A stretch of 64,000 nt of DNA from Takakia lepidozioides (taxonomy: Eukaryota; Plantae; Bryophyta), in assembly GCA_030704615.1 (NCBI GenBank), contig CM060731.1, forward strand, positions 36,208,001 through 36,272,000. The letters run 5' to 3'. Made by a program: the position numbers and the translations under genes. Positions 1 to 12,922 of this stretch are shown one piece after another. The notes beneath the pieces are model-generated. The model saw only the letters and a list, made by a program, of their open reading frames with translations. It searched no databases and was not told the origin of the DNA. Each line of letters opens with the position of its first letter. The first letter of the stretch is position 1.

Positions 1-1944
1 GCCACGTTTGAAGGTTGAGTGTTGGCACCCTACGCATTGGCTGGTTTTCTGTTTTCTCCTCTTTAGCCTTTGCAGTCCATGAAGTGTGCCTACAGCCTTC
101 ATTACTGGGCTGGCTATGTTGTCTTGCTCTACTTCCTGACAGCATGTCACATGACAGGTGGAAACGATTCTGCTGAGCATCATATCTATGCTGTCCAGTC
201 CAAATGATGAATCACCAGCAAACATTGATGCTGCGGTGAGGACCTTGTTCTCAAAGAAACTTGTTGCCATTGTTAGGGAAGGAATTTTCTGATTTTGACC
301 TGACCTTCATATATCAAGTGACTTTGCCGCGCCCCGCACGATCAATGCTGTACTTTCTTTTGGTTGCCTTTCATCTGGAAACCTAACTTGTCGCCAACTT
401 TGGTCTCATATGCCTCAGTTGGTGCTGAAAGTGCTCAAGTGGTGTGCTGTGTTATACTTCTTCCTTACATCCAAGGTGGGGTTTATGTATAAGAGTGAGG
501 AATTTATGGTTAAGTGGAAGGTTTTTGCTCTTACTCAGTCGTATGAGCGAGCTTGCAACTTCTTTTCTTCACAATCTTCTTTGTCGCTAGTATTGACAGG
601 TGGGGTTTCCTCTCTGCAGAAAGAGTGGCGAGAGACAAAAGAAGATTTTAAGCGGAAGGTGAGCCGGATTGTGAGGCGTTCCCAAGAAACCTTGTGAAAA
701 TGGCCAGACAATGGCGGGTAGATTCATTGAGATAGAGTTTCTTTTTACCATCTTGAGTAGCCACAGGTGCATCTCTATGTGGCTGTGATAGGTTACTGAA
801 TTGTGTATTTTTCCCAAGCAAATCTGGGAAGGTATGAGAGCAGGTGTATTTGTCGCCAGTGTCCATCACCTCTTATGCACAGGTGCGGCCAGTCTAGTAG
901 GCCTTATGTAGCCACACAAGTCAACGAGTCAGCCAGTAGTCAGGTCGGTTTTCCATGTTGTTCATTGTTTCCGGTAGTTGGTCACCGCAGGGTATGAGGG
1001 AGATATTTTGGCATCCCTGATAGAGAATGTGCTAGTTGTGTTTGTGCTGAAAGCTTATTATCGAATTGTGGAAAGTTCATGGCATTATTTACCAGTCTTT
1101 TAGTCGGTACCAAAGAGATCTGACTCTCTTCCTGTCATTGGCTATGGGATAAGATTGTCCCCACCCTGACCTCCTTCTATAATCCCCTGGCTGTCCAATC
1201 TGGGGCAAAATGTCTTTGAAGGATACGTGGAAGTCTGGCAGATGTAACAGCACGTGTTTGCTCAACACAAGAAAATTCCTTGATAGTTACCAGCTTCCTC
1301 CAGGGTTGGTCCAAACTTATACATGTTTCAATCTTGATCAGAACTATGATAAGAAACTTGTCACATGAAATTTGGGATTCTTTGCAATTGCGCCATATCA
1401 TGTGGACTGTATATTATATACTGCAAATGGAGTTAGTTGATGGTAAGACTAGTGTGCACCTGTGGACCCAGGGGTTGTAATTTTTTTGAAAGCCGCGTGT
1501 GCTGGGGGAGCCCTCCCCAGTATTTGAATGAAGCATCTTCCCCAAGAAATGAAAGGATCGCATTTCCATTCAAAGCTGTTTGAAGAATACTGGTTGCAGT
1601 GGGAAGGTCATTGTTTGGCCTGGCACATGAACAAGCCACCATAACTTGAGCTTTACAACCAGAAACAAGCTAACAAGCTATCTAAGAGAAAACACATGTG
1701 ACAGGGTCATATATGCAAACAGATAGCACTACTGTGGCCAATTTGATCTCAAGAGAGGGCTCTTTACCGACAAGCAAGCCGCTTTAAGGGAAAAAACCCT
1801 TAGGTTTTGACGCTCATCAAGGAAGGGGGGTATCGCCTCACATACAAGACTTTGGCAAAAGGAAGGCAAAGGCAAAGCACGCGGGTCGAGAGGCACACAA
1901 ACACCAGCAGGAGACGCTATCACACGCATCCGAAGCCGAGGGCC

Positions 1945-2308
1945 ATGTTTCGAGTGCGAGCGGCCTCCTTCTTCACTGGTTTTGCAGCCGCATCGGGCAT
2001 CGGAATGTACCAGTTGCAGAGGGAAATATGGGGCAGCCACAACGTTCTCTCCGAGCAGGTCATCCTACGCTCCGATTTATTCCTTTTCTCTGTCCTATTC
2101 AATGCCTTCGTCTCCTCTTGCAGGGGACACATTATGTTCTTCTATCAGAGGTATTAGTTCCAGTTTGTATTCTAGGTATTGACTGTATGTTGGAAGGAAT
2201 GTGGAGGTTGGGCAGGCAGAGGGTTATTACTCACAACTGGAGAGGCGAATAGCTCAGCTTGAGCATGTGACGGGTAGTAGATCTGCTCCGCGTCATGACA
2301 AGGTTTGA
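1945..2308 (+). CDS. Small two-exon host gene (~68 aa; N-terminal hydrophobic segment plus short coiled coil), probably a conserved small membrane protein of unknown function
   Basis: ATG 1945. Exon 1 (1945-2058) reads MFRVRAASFFTGFAAASGIGMYQLQREIWGSHNVLSEQ; GT donor at 2059, AG acceptor at 2215. Exon 2 continues in phase 0 as AEGYYSQLERRIAQLEHVTGSRSAPRHDKV*. A further splice at AAG|GTTTGA (2302) is possible. Confidence 0.7.
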
Positions 2309-4799
2309 TTTCTCAATTGCAAACTCCCCTCCCTCGTTCCTTTCTTTGTTTGCTCCCCGGCCTTGTCCGTCCAGATCGAATCGGCACGCTGGCTGTGATT
2401 TTGGTGTCCTTAAAATGGCCATGGTTTTTTGAGGAAAAGAGGAGGTTAGACAGGTAGAGGTTCTTGATTTAAGAAAACACAGCACCTTGTAAGCTACGTT
2501 ATTCTACTGGGAGCTGGCAAAGGGTTTTTGATTGTCAATCATAGGCAACTAGCTTCAGTATGGGAAAAAAAAACTCAAAAGTGCGCATGGGAGTTGCATT
2601 TTCATGTTGGATATTGGTGTATATATTAGAAATGTGCATGCGGTCGGCAGACTCCCACCTTCATCACATATCTGAGCTGTTGGTCGCCCTTGTAATTAAA
2701 TCACCTTGTTGCTGATAACGAAAAGATCCATTCTTGACTCATTATCTTGTTGTAGCTCCCCCACTTTTTTATATGCACTGGTTGTCACATTAACAGACTA
2801 AAGTTATGATGGCTGCGGTGTTACATCGGAATTCCTGCTTGCTATATTTGAGTCAGGACTAATTCCTTATCCAGCTTATCCAGCCTGAGGGCTTAGGTCT
2901 AGCATTGTTGTCCTCTTGACTTATATGCCTAATCGCATCTCAATCGTGTGCAAAGAATATCACTTCGTTCAGGCCTACCTCCTACTCACTCATGGATACT
3001 ACCATATGCGTTATGCTGTTTAGTTCATGTCAATGCCAGTCCTGACATTGATTTTCAAGAAACTCATTAACTGGGTGGTCATTGGGCTGTGAGAGTTTTA
3101 TGGCAATGTCGGGCTGAGTTTCACAGCCCGGTGAGTGAGCTATATCTGTTTGGGACTTTGCGGGGATTAATGAACAGTAGAATTTCATCTCTTCAGTCAA
3201 ATCATTGTTTGGTGAGTGCAGGGTTCCAAAGATGATGGATGTGATTAGGCCATTTTCCCCACAGGGTACTCTGGGCAGGATGATATTGTGAAGGTGGTTG
3301 ATTTGCACTTATCAAGTCCAAACACGCACCTTCTTGTGCAGCATGAGTTTGCTCCCATTCTGTTGATTCGACAGGTGAATGCTCATATCCTGATTTCTGT
3401 GGACAGATCATGTCCTCCACTTCACAATAGTTGACTTCAAAGAATGTGCGGAAATCTTGTGCTGGTGTATGCCTTTTTGTGCTTGTCACCAACTCACTAT
3501 GAATGCATAACATAAAGTGTCAAAAGAGGCTGTAAGTGGAGGATTATAGATGCAATTGAGTTTTCGTGTGTTCCAACAACAGGGAGTAAGAAATGTTTCA
3601 CGTCGAATGGTTGTGATGCTGGTGTTTGTAATGTACTCAGCTGTAGGCTTATGACAACAGATTCTCTGCCTGGTTAGGAGAGCAGGCTGTGGACAAGAAT
3701 CAAATCATGCGATCGTAGACTGAAAGAGAGGGAGAGTCATCTGACAATACTTTCCATATACTAGAAGAACTATCCCAGTCTGACAAAGCAGAGAGAGGAA
3801 GAGAGGTAGATCTGTGTTAGAGAATCATGTCATCCATGCTCTTTGTGCCAGAAAGCTTTGAGCAAATATGAGAGGGATTGTACAAGCTTTTAAGACAGTC
3901 CAATTAGCTGGATACTGCATACAATTGTGCCAAGATGCATGACACCAAAGTGCAAGGAGATCCATAAACCTTTTATGTGTGAGATTGCGATGTGCATACA
4001 GCATTGGAGTCATTCCTTGACTCGGAGTTCTTGGTTGGCCCGTGACTTTTTCAAGAATATTACCAGCTTACAAAAAACAGGGCCGTGGTTGTGTGAGCTG
4101 CATAAGCACAATCCCCTCTGATAGGGATATATATGTTTACACATTATTTTAATTGTTTTTTTTAAAATAAAAGAGACAGGTGGCTGTTTTTAATTAGAAG
4201 GGGACCCCTTACAAATTTATTACGTGAGAAGTAAGGACTCTTGTGGGGTGCCATGAAGGCTGAAAGAGGAGACTGCTCTGCAACCAAGAGTACAAAAAAA
4301 GCAAGGGGAAAGAGATGCCCATAAGCACAAGCTAGCACCACTCACAACTACCCTTTTGTGCTTGGGCTGATGGAAAGACATGTTGTATTGCTATAGAGCT
4401 ACATCGTTATTCAAAACATACAACATATATATACACACAAACTAGTATGTCACAATAGTGAAATTAACAACACATACCATAAATTGCCTAAAAGGATCTT
4501 GATCCCTGGTTAGACACTTAGGCCAAATTTCAAGTCTCAATATATATAAACCTTTAATTTCCTAGCCAGTTTCACACTAGTAGTAAAGTTAATTCGACAT
4601 ACAATTGTGCCTTGGATTTGCATTTCCTGAAACTCCGACAGTGCCACAAGTTCCCTCCGAATCTTCACCGTAAATAGGCAAAGACCAAGGCCGAGATACA
4701 ATGATAAAGGTGGAAAAAATACGAGGGGGCCTGAAGGCTTATAGAGTGGGAACTGGGAACCACCCAACCCGCGCACATCAAAGTCTAAAAAACGAGAAC

Positions 4800-7700
4800 A
4801 TGAAGTTCTAGTGATGACTAAAGGTCGGAGACTATTTTTAGTGTAAAGCAAGAATAAGGTGCAATAATATCATGACATTGTCGTCAATTTTTTAAGTTGC
4901 CCAAGCAAAATTTATTTTGAAAATTATTATTATTTTCAAATATGCTCTAATATTATTATTTTTAATTTCTTCACATATTGAGTATAAATATTACAGTGCT
5001 TCTAAATATTAATTACGATAAAATCACCAAACAAAAATCAAAGGTTTGCCCAATTCTCGAAATCCTCATAAGTTCTACCATTTGGTTTTCTGGTCAGCAC
5101 TCAGCACGTTTCAATTTACCAATATATTATGATATATATATATATATATGATAATGGTGATAGCTAATGAAGTGACAAACCTCTTAATATTGGATATTTG
5201 TGCTTTGTATTTGGGATAATTGAGAATATAGATCTATTAATTGTTTTTTTTTCTCTATCTTCTTGTTTAAAGGGCTTTTCAGATAGGTCATTAGAACGAA
5301 TAAATATAGTTATTTTAAATTTACCTATTACGATTTTGATTTATAAGAACCTTAATAAAACCCACCCTTGATAGCGAGCAACAGCCATAAAATGAAGTAG
5401 TTCTCAGTTACATCAGTTTTAGTCCGAGTCTTTTCTTTAAACAGTACCATTAATTGATTGGATATATTTTGATTTTAAAATTAATAATACTTTTAATTTG
5501 AAATTTGAAAATCTGTTGTATTTTGTATTTAAAATTTAAAATATGAAGAAATATTGAACCATAAAAGAATGGAAAAAAAGAAAAACTCTTGCCAAAACAC
5601 ACGTAACTTATGGTATCCTTCACCTCCCAGAGCTACTACCTTCCGTTTGAAAGATAAACACATTCTGATTTCAATAGGGGCAACATAGGATCAGTAAGTG
5701 ATTGATCCAGTAGCCCCTTTTTTTCAACAAGGCTAAAAGAGCTGATGTTGCAAAAGTACCATCAAATCGCACGTCTGCATTAGGTTTATATATATATATA
5801 ACATATTTCCAATCAAAATGAAATAAACGTTGAACTCTTTGTAAAACTTGAACTTTGTTCTCAGAAATCGTCACTAGTAGTGCGAAACAACCCGCAACCC
5901 TAGTTCTAGTGACGACTAAATTAGGTCATAGGCTAGTTAGTATAGAGTGGGACTATGATGTCATAGTGCCATGTCATTGTCATGTCATGTCATCGTCATC
6001 ATTGTTTTAGGTGCCCAAAATAAAATTAATTTAGGAAAATCATCTTTTCAAATCTGCTCTAATTGTTGTTGTTTTCTTTTTTCTATTTTTCCTTCACACA
6101 TTCAACGTAAAACGTTACAACACTTCTAAATGTTGATTATGATAAAACCACCAAACAAAAATCAATGGAATTTTTATATGTACCTATAGTTTGGATCATT
6201 AGAAATGTAGATCTATTTCTATATTATAAATACACATCAGTAAGCTCTATGATAGATACTAGATGTATGTGCATTTATTTAGTCTCTACGTTTAAATATT
6301 TTAAGTTTACTTGTTAAGATTTTGATTTAGAAAAATCTTTATAGAACCCAATCTTTGACAGGAAGCAGTAGTCATATCACATAAAGTGAAGTGGCTCTTA
6401 GTTACGTACTCTAGCAGGAGACATTTTTATGATTATAATAGAAACAATACCATTAACTAAATCTGCTTTGATTTTACTCTAATTCATATTTTTAATTTAA
6501 AAAATGATATGAAGTGTAGTTTTTTTTTAGATCTGTCATTTTATATATTATCTAAAATTTAGAATATGACGAGATATTGAACCATATAAAGAAAAGAAGG
6601 GAAAAGAACTCTTGTCGAAGCATTATGGTCACCTCACTCTGAAGGGCTATTACCTCCCTTTGGAAGGTAAACACCTTGTAAGACTGAAACCAAGACAATG
6701 ATGAGGGTTAAATAACCGGCTGATCCAATACCCCTTTTTTTTCAACAAAGCTCAAGATCTGACACTGTGTGATTTCGACGAAAGTACCGTCAAATCACAC
6801 GATTGCATTAAAGTCTTAAGTTGTTCATATTATTTTTTCACATAAATATATTTTCAATTAAAACGAACATCAATGTTCTCGGAAGTCGACACTAGTAGTG
6901 AGAAGCAACGTGCAACCTTAGTGTATTTTAGCAACGATTGTACGTCGGAGACGCGTTTTAAGGTACAACAGGAATAGGGTGCCATAGTATCACGTCAAAG
7001 TTGCCACATTTTTGTCGACGCTAGCTACGTCATTAACGTATTTCTTTTAATCTGCCCAGATCGCCCAAAAAAACAAAAATAAAAATAAAAATTGGCATAA
7101 TCTTCGCCATGTCATCGTCACCACATCATCAACATATAACTTTTCAGGTGCCTAGATTGCTCGAGGAAAAAAAACTGAACTATGAAAATCGTTTATGTCA
7201 TTAATGTTTTTCACATAGTCAATGTAGATGTTATATATATATATATATATATAGTCTCCCGAAAGAAGCGTAAATTGTGTTGTCTCTTGATTCCAAAAGA
7301 CTACTGCCTTCCAGTAGGAAGATGGACACCGTTGTGACACCAATCGGTGGATTGAACCCACAGCCACTTCCAAGGTGGCCGTATGTGCCTCATACTAGGG
7401 CTACAACTTGGTTGTTCCCCCTTTTGCAGATTGGAACTGGATGCCATGACTAAATAATGGGGTTACACCGGCATAATGGGTTGACACGGAAGGGAGTATC
7501 ACTCCACTCGGTGTAACTCCCACTTGGATTTATATCTGGTCTTGAAATTTAACTAACTATAAAATGTATGAGAAAGAGTTACACAATACAGCGGATGAAA
7601 CCCATAGTATCCGAGGATGACACTACCACCAAAAATCAAAACCTGCACCTCTTCGCCTCCATTACCAATCATCACCTTACCAAATAGACTACTCGCCACT

Positions 7701-8420
7701 ACCTGACAATCTCTAGCATTGTATAGTGTTTAAATAGTGAATCCAAGATAAAACGAGGTAGAGAGCCCCTGCCAGAGGAGCCCACCCTGCCTAAATCCGA
7801 CGAAAATACTATCATATCGCATGTCTGACGTAAGTTCTTATATTCTTCATATTATTTTTGCTATAAAGTATATTTCCAATCAAAATAAAACAAGCCTCAA
7901 ACGGCAATGGGCTCTCTTGTTTTGGCAAAACATAAGGGGGAGGTGAAACTAAGGGGCATGAGACACCGATTAAAGTCTACACAGTGTAAGGTCAGTTGAC
8001 CACACTTTCTCTCTTGACTTCATCCGATGGGTAGTCCTCTTCTACAAAAGAGGCCAACAAACGTTGAATTTTTTTGTAAAATTTGAACATTGTTTCATAA
8101 GTCGTCACCACACAATCTTAGTTCTAATAGTTTAGTGTAGAGCAGGAATAGGGCGTCATAGTAACACGTCATGGTCGCCATGTAATCGTCATCATTTTTA
8201 AATCTGCCCAGACTGCCCAGAATATTTATTTAATAAATAAATAAAATCATATCTGCAACATCATCATCGCCATGTTTCGTATGCCGCAATATCACCATGC
8301 TTGAAGCAGCCAGGATTGACAGAAAAAAACAAAAAATTACACAAATCATTCTTGTCAAATCTGTTATAATATTACTTTCTTTCCCCCTTTCATTTTTTTG
8401 CATAATCAATTTAAATGGTA
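4800..8420. repeat. Degenerate ~1.05-kb tandem repeat (two near-complete units plus partial copies)
   Basis: Recurring blocks: gttctagtga(t/c)gactaaa at ~4804 and ~5903; gataaa(t/c)caccaaacaaaaatcaa at ~5017 and ~6141; aaagtacc(a/g)tcaaatc at ~5753 and ~6781; gtcactagtagtg-like at ~5870 and ~6886; related blocks at ~7860-8220. Boundaries approximate. Confidence 0.65.
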
Positions 8421-8520
8421 TAGTACTCCCAAATATTACTTTGACTAGTGTAGCTTATGTGTTGAGTACAAATTCAACTTTCATGCATTTTCAATAACAT
8501 AAAATACTTGAAATTCAGTA

Positions 8521-9161
8521 TCTCCCTAATTATCAGCGTTACGTCAGCGTCAAATACTAACGCGACCTACGTCACGTCGGTTTTTGAGATATATTAGTAA
8601 AACATTAAAGATAAAAATGTGTCACTTCAGCAGCCACGTCGCTATATTTATTTTTTCTTTTAAATACCTACGACAACCAATATTGACGGTTGTAGTATTT
8701 TCTGTTTTAAACAAATGCACGCGACCATCAATATTGGCGGTCGCATATTTTTTCTGTTTTTTTTTAATTAATACATGTGATTGTCAATATTAGCGGTTAT
8801 ATATATATATATATATATGTCATTTTCTGTATTGTTAAATGTGTGATATTGGCAGTCGCACGCACTTATTTTTAAAAAGACAAAAATGTTTTTTTTAAAT
8901 GCGTGTGACCGCCTTAAATGGGGGTCTAATGTTTTTTTCTGTTTTTTTTAAATGTCTAAAACCGCCAATATTGGCTGTCAAGTGTTTTTTTTATTTTTTT
9001 AAAATGCGTGCGACCGCCAATATTGACGGTCGCATGCTTGCCCTCTTTCCTAAAAATGTCTGCGACCGCCAATATTCGCATTCTTATATTTTATTTTATT
9101 TTTTAAATACAATAAATTTTTATGCACGTGGTCAATTCACTTGGGCCGCCACGCCATCTAG
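8521..9161 (+). mobile_element. Putative non-autonomous Helitron-like element carrying GCGACCGCC palindrome repeats
   Basis: Begins TC after an A (a|tctccctaattatca) and ends CTAG before a T (ccatctag|t). A subterminal cgtgg...ccacg hairpin and many internal gcgaccgccaatattggcggtcgc-type palindromes are present. Confidence 0.45.
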
Positions 9162-10395
9162 TTTTTGTGTGGTGTAGGAGAAGTTTATGAATGTGTCAGA
9201 CTGCATGGTTGTGCTTATAAATAGTCAATAGTAAAATTAAAAAGTAATAAATAATTATACTCAATACCGTCCGGTTTGGTGGCCACATTACGTCTAGATT
9301 CACACCAAAATTCTAGAAAAAAAAAACAAAAACAAAAACAAAAAAAACCATTTTTAATATCTCAGGAACACCTCATTTTTCTTTTCTCCACTCTTTCTGC
9401 CTCCGAATTTCGGTAGGCTCATATGTACTTTTCCTTGGTGAGTGGATAGTCCTAATTGTATAAGTTTCTTTTAGCCAACTTATTTAAACCACCCATCTAA
9501 CCCACCATGCATCGTTTACAAAAAATTTCATCTTTCCCCAACTTCTCAACTAAATTCAAAAGTAAATGGTAGAATGTGTCTTATATCACTTTGGCCACGT
9601 CGTCCTCCAGGAATAACTTTGTTCGTTCATCCTTGAGAATGTTCTCATAACGCATCTTGTAACAACTGTGAAAAATATTGTAGAACTTGATACTTGTAGT
9701 GAATAGGAAGCCTTCCTCGTAGCTACGAATTTCTACCCTAACGTCCTCTCTGAAAATCATTTTCTTGATAGGGTACGTGATGTTTGTCCCGTATTCTTTT
9801 CTCTTGTGCACTTTCTTGGCATGCTTGCTCCCTTCCGACTGTGAGCTATGAGAACAAACATCCCTACATATATCATCCAAGGAAACATCATACCCCATTT
9901 TTTAGATCAGCATTTAGTTCTCCAACTTGATTTAGAAAGAAAAAATGATGACGCTGATTCAATGACAACAAATACTTAAAATACAATATCTCTCACATCG
10001 CTCCTAATGCTCCAAACGCTTTGAAATTTGGTGTGTTGAATCATCACGGCCGAAAAACCTCAAATTTGGATAGTAAATCACATTAGGCACTCTTTAACTC
10101 CCCGCAAAGTCGCAGATCCATCAGAGCTGAATAAATCAACTCATAAGCCTGACCAGTCTGAGTACAACCTCTATTAGTACCACTAGGCTGGCCTTGAATC
10201 TTCCTGGGTTGTCAACTAGTTTGTGTAGGTTGCAATTGATGGAGAGAGAAACCGGCCGAGGCCGGCCGAGGCCGGCGTAACTAAGAGCCACTTCACCTTG
10301 CGGCTACTGCCCCCTTTCGGGGGTGGGCCCTATAACAAAAAAGTGTCCAGGGGGACACCAGGTGACCGCTAAGAATAGAGGGGGCGAGGGTACCC

Positions 10396-11085
10396 CTAGG
10401 TACCCAGGGGTATCTTGGGGGACCTAAGGTGTGTTTGAAGTGCCGGATTCCAATTGGCGTTTGTTGGTGATAATAGCTGTGAGTGAACGGAGTGCCGTGA
10501 GATGGATTTCCTTGAAACATTTGTGGATGGGAAGAATGGGAATTTGGAAGTTATCGTACTGGCGTTATGAATGCCACCTCGAGTATCGGCTGTGATGACA
10601 GTTAACGGGCCGGTTTTCCAGTCACGACTTCGGAGTGCAAGGATAAGCGGGGCATATTTTTGACGTTTTGCTAAGATTGAATCGTTTGGATAACGATCAT
10701 GGCAAAATGTGAATTCAATGAAATGGATGGTGAGTTGTGGGGATGATGAGGTGGGGGGTAAAGTGTTGATAGGTAGACCTTGGACGAGGAGTATGTCCGG
10801 GCAAAGTCGAGCGGGGCATGAGCATGGTGATCGGGTACATATGCATGGTAGTAGCCACGGTGGTACTGTGTGGTCGGGTGGCCGTCCCTGGTAGGTGCCT
10901 GCATTCATGAGCGAGAACCAACGGGTTTCAGCACGTTTTAGAAAGAGCTTGTGGAGGTGCCAGACTGCCTAGTTATGACGCGTGATATGCAAGCCATGTA
11001 TAACTGGGTGTGTACATTGGCTGAGGAGATGTGGCCAAGTGTCACGAGCTTGGAGGGTGGTTGCACATAACGGGCAGTATGGGGA
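10396..11085 (-). pseudogene. LINE C-terminal CCHC zinc finger and restriction-like (REL) endonuclease
   Basis: CPLC...DTWPHLLSQC, ITRHN, PDILLV...IHFIEFTFC...KRQKY...VITADTRG. Confidence 0.85.
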
Positions 11086-11439
11086 TGGGAACAGATGTGG
11101 CCAGAAGATGTGTTTGCGCTGGTGGCCCATGTATTGGGCATATCGGAATTTGAATGTTTGTCGGATTTGTGTGTCGGTGGTGGCTTTGGTAAGCCATAAA
11201 TGATTGGAGAGTTTATAGTGCAGTACATTGGATTGAGTCCATTTTTGGATGTGTACTTTGGTATGGCTGATGGAGGTTGCTGCTTGTTTATTTTCTTCTC
11301 TGGTCAGAGTGGTCAGGAGGTTTCGGACTGGTCTGGGTGCAGGGGGGTCCGGAACGGGGTGTATGAACCAGAAGGGATGGGTGTGGGCGATGTGAATAGG
11401 GTCGTTCGAGGGTTCAACTATGGGTTGGGAGGCGCCAAG

Positions 11440-11820
11440 TTGGGCGAGTAGGTCTGCTTCTTCATTACCATGGATGCCAGTATGCGAACGGACTTTGAGT
11501 ATATGGACTAGGTGGCCTAGGGAGATGGCCCTCTAGACAATAGCGGCAATGAGGTTGCGGTCGAGGTGATGATGATGGGCAGAGGGGTGGGAGATGTGGT
11601 TGCGAATGAGGAATAGTGAGGTAAGGTTGTCGGTGAAGATGTAGTGTGGGGGGGGGGGAAGGTGTCAAGTAGAGAGAGGGCGTCATAAATGGCCATGAGT
11701 TCAGCCCGGAGGATGGTGGCAGGGCCAGGGAGCCTAAGGGCAACACCTTGACTGGTGCCGGCGTGATAGATTCCATACCCTGCATTAGGTTTGGTGAGGG
11801 ATCCGTCAGTGTAATGTGAA
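11440..11820 (-). pseudogene. LINE RNase H domain
   Basis: HYTDGS, AGYGIY, TILRAELMAIYDAL, IFTDNL, ILKVRSHTGIHGNEEADLLA. Confidence 0.9.
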
Positions 11821-12049
11821 TTGGCCAGTGGGTATTTGGGGATGGTGTTTTGTTGATATATTGCATGGATTGGGGGTAGAGGTGTTGTTGGCGCGACCTG
11901 GGAAGGGCGTGGTATCGCAATGTTCCAAGCTTTGTTGGTTTTGATCCGGGACAATGTGATGGGTGTATGGGTACCCCTTCTGGGAGTTGTAGAAGAGGGT
12001 GAGAGATATTAGAAGTGTTTTGTTGTGTGAGGATGAGGATTGTGGATGC

Positions 12050-12310
12050 AGTAGGCGAGGAGTGCACAACAAGTTTTGCCCATTGAAGAGCTTCGTGAGA
12101 AGGAGAACCAGGTGGAGGGTGGGCAAGGCCCCGGCCTTCCTAGGTGTGCTGGGTGGCAGTACCAGTGGCTCCAAAGATACAGTCTCTGTGGTGCGGGCTA
12201 GAGAATGTGGGCAATGCCATAGGGCATGTCAGTGGGTTGGAGTAATATGAGTGAGTAAGTTGGAATGTGTTGATAAGTAAGGAGATAATATCTTGGGGTA
12301 TAGTATGGTG
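12050..12310 (-). other. PCIF1/CAPAM-like adenine methyltransferase segment inside the LINE ORF
   Basis: LINTFQLTHSYYSNPLTC...FSSPHHRDCIFGATG...[W>*]EGRGLAHPPP...EALQWA parallels the recalled PCIF1 core (F..ECFASPLNC...YCS...D..FGS.G...GSFEANPPF). Confidence 0.5.
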
Positions 12311-12779
12311 CGCACATGTTGTTTCCAATTTAGTGAGGGACCGCGGTTTCTTGGGAGGAGTGTCTTTGAGGTAGCGATCAACCAGCCAATATAATTCGGT
12401 AGCAAAGTCTTGTTTCGGGGGTTGTAGCGATTGTGGGGATGAGGTAGTAGTAGAGTATTTCTCCCAAAGCCACGTTAGTCTTGTATTGGGGATGAGGCCA
12501 ATGAAGCGGTCGTGTTGAGCGTAAATGTTGGAAAGGCGGGGGCCCATGTGGATTAGAGGTTGATCATGCTTGACATCTTTGTCAGGATTACATTCAGTTA
12601 TGCAGATGTGCACGTTGGGGGCATAGAGTGGTTGGTGTATATATCTGTTATCTGTATGTTGGGCGGGAGTGGTGTGTTGTTGGTGCATGTGTGTTAGATA
12701 GTTGGTGTTGGTTTGTTTATGGAAGGTGGTGAGGAGGGCAAGATTGTATTCGGGGTCGCAATCGTCATGTAGGCCAAAG

Positions 12780-12922
12780 AGGTCGTCTTCTATCTGCCAT
12801 GTGTTGTCTGCGGAAGAGTACCCATCCCATTGACAGTGATAATATGTATCAATGTAGGTGGCTCCAAAGGCATCAATGGACGTTTGGGTTTTAACTCCTA
12901 GTATAGCTTCAATGATGTAAGC
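12780..12922 (-). other. Chromodomain-like segment inside the LINE ORF
   Basis: YIIEAILGVK...YYHCQWDGYSSADNTWQIEDDL matches the chromodomain pattern Y-x-V/I-E-x-I...Y-x-x-x-W-x-G-Y...T-W-E/Q...L. Confidence 0.7.

Noticed and set aside
1-1650. Possible decayed LINE ORF1 on the minus strand, ending in ...LNLQTW at the window edge (could precede an APE 'WN' motif)
   Set aside because: Only a five-residue hint cut off by the window boundary; no other diagnostic motif.
9581-9898. 105-aa minus-strand ORF, possibly a transposase remnant
   Set aside because: No recognisable catalytic motif or bounded element.
10265-10300. Resemblance of ggcgtaacta to LSU rRNA helix 69 / R2 target, to group II intron domain V, or to a c-di-GMP riboswitch
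   Set aside because: Matches are only a few nucleotides and the surrounding consensus is absent.
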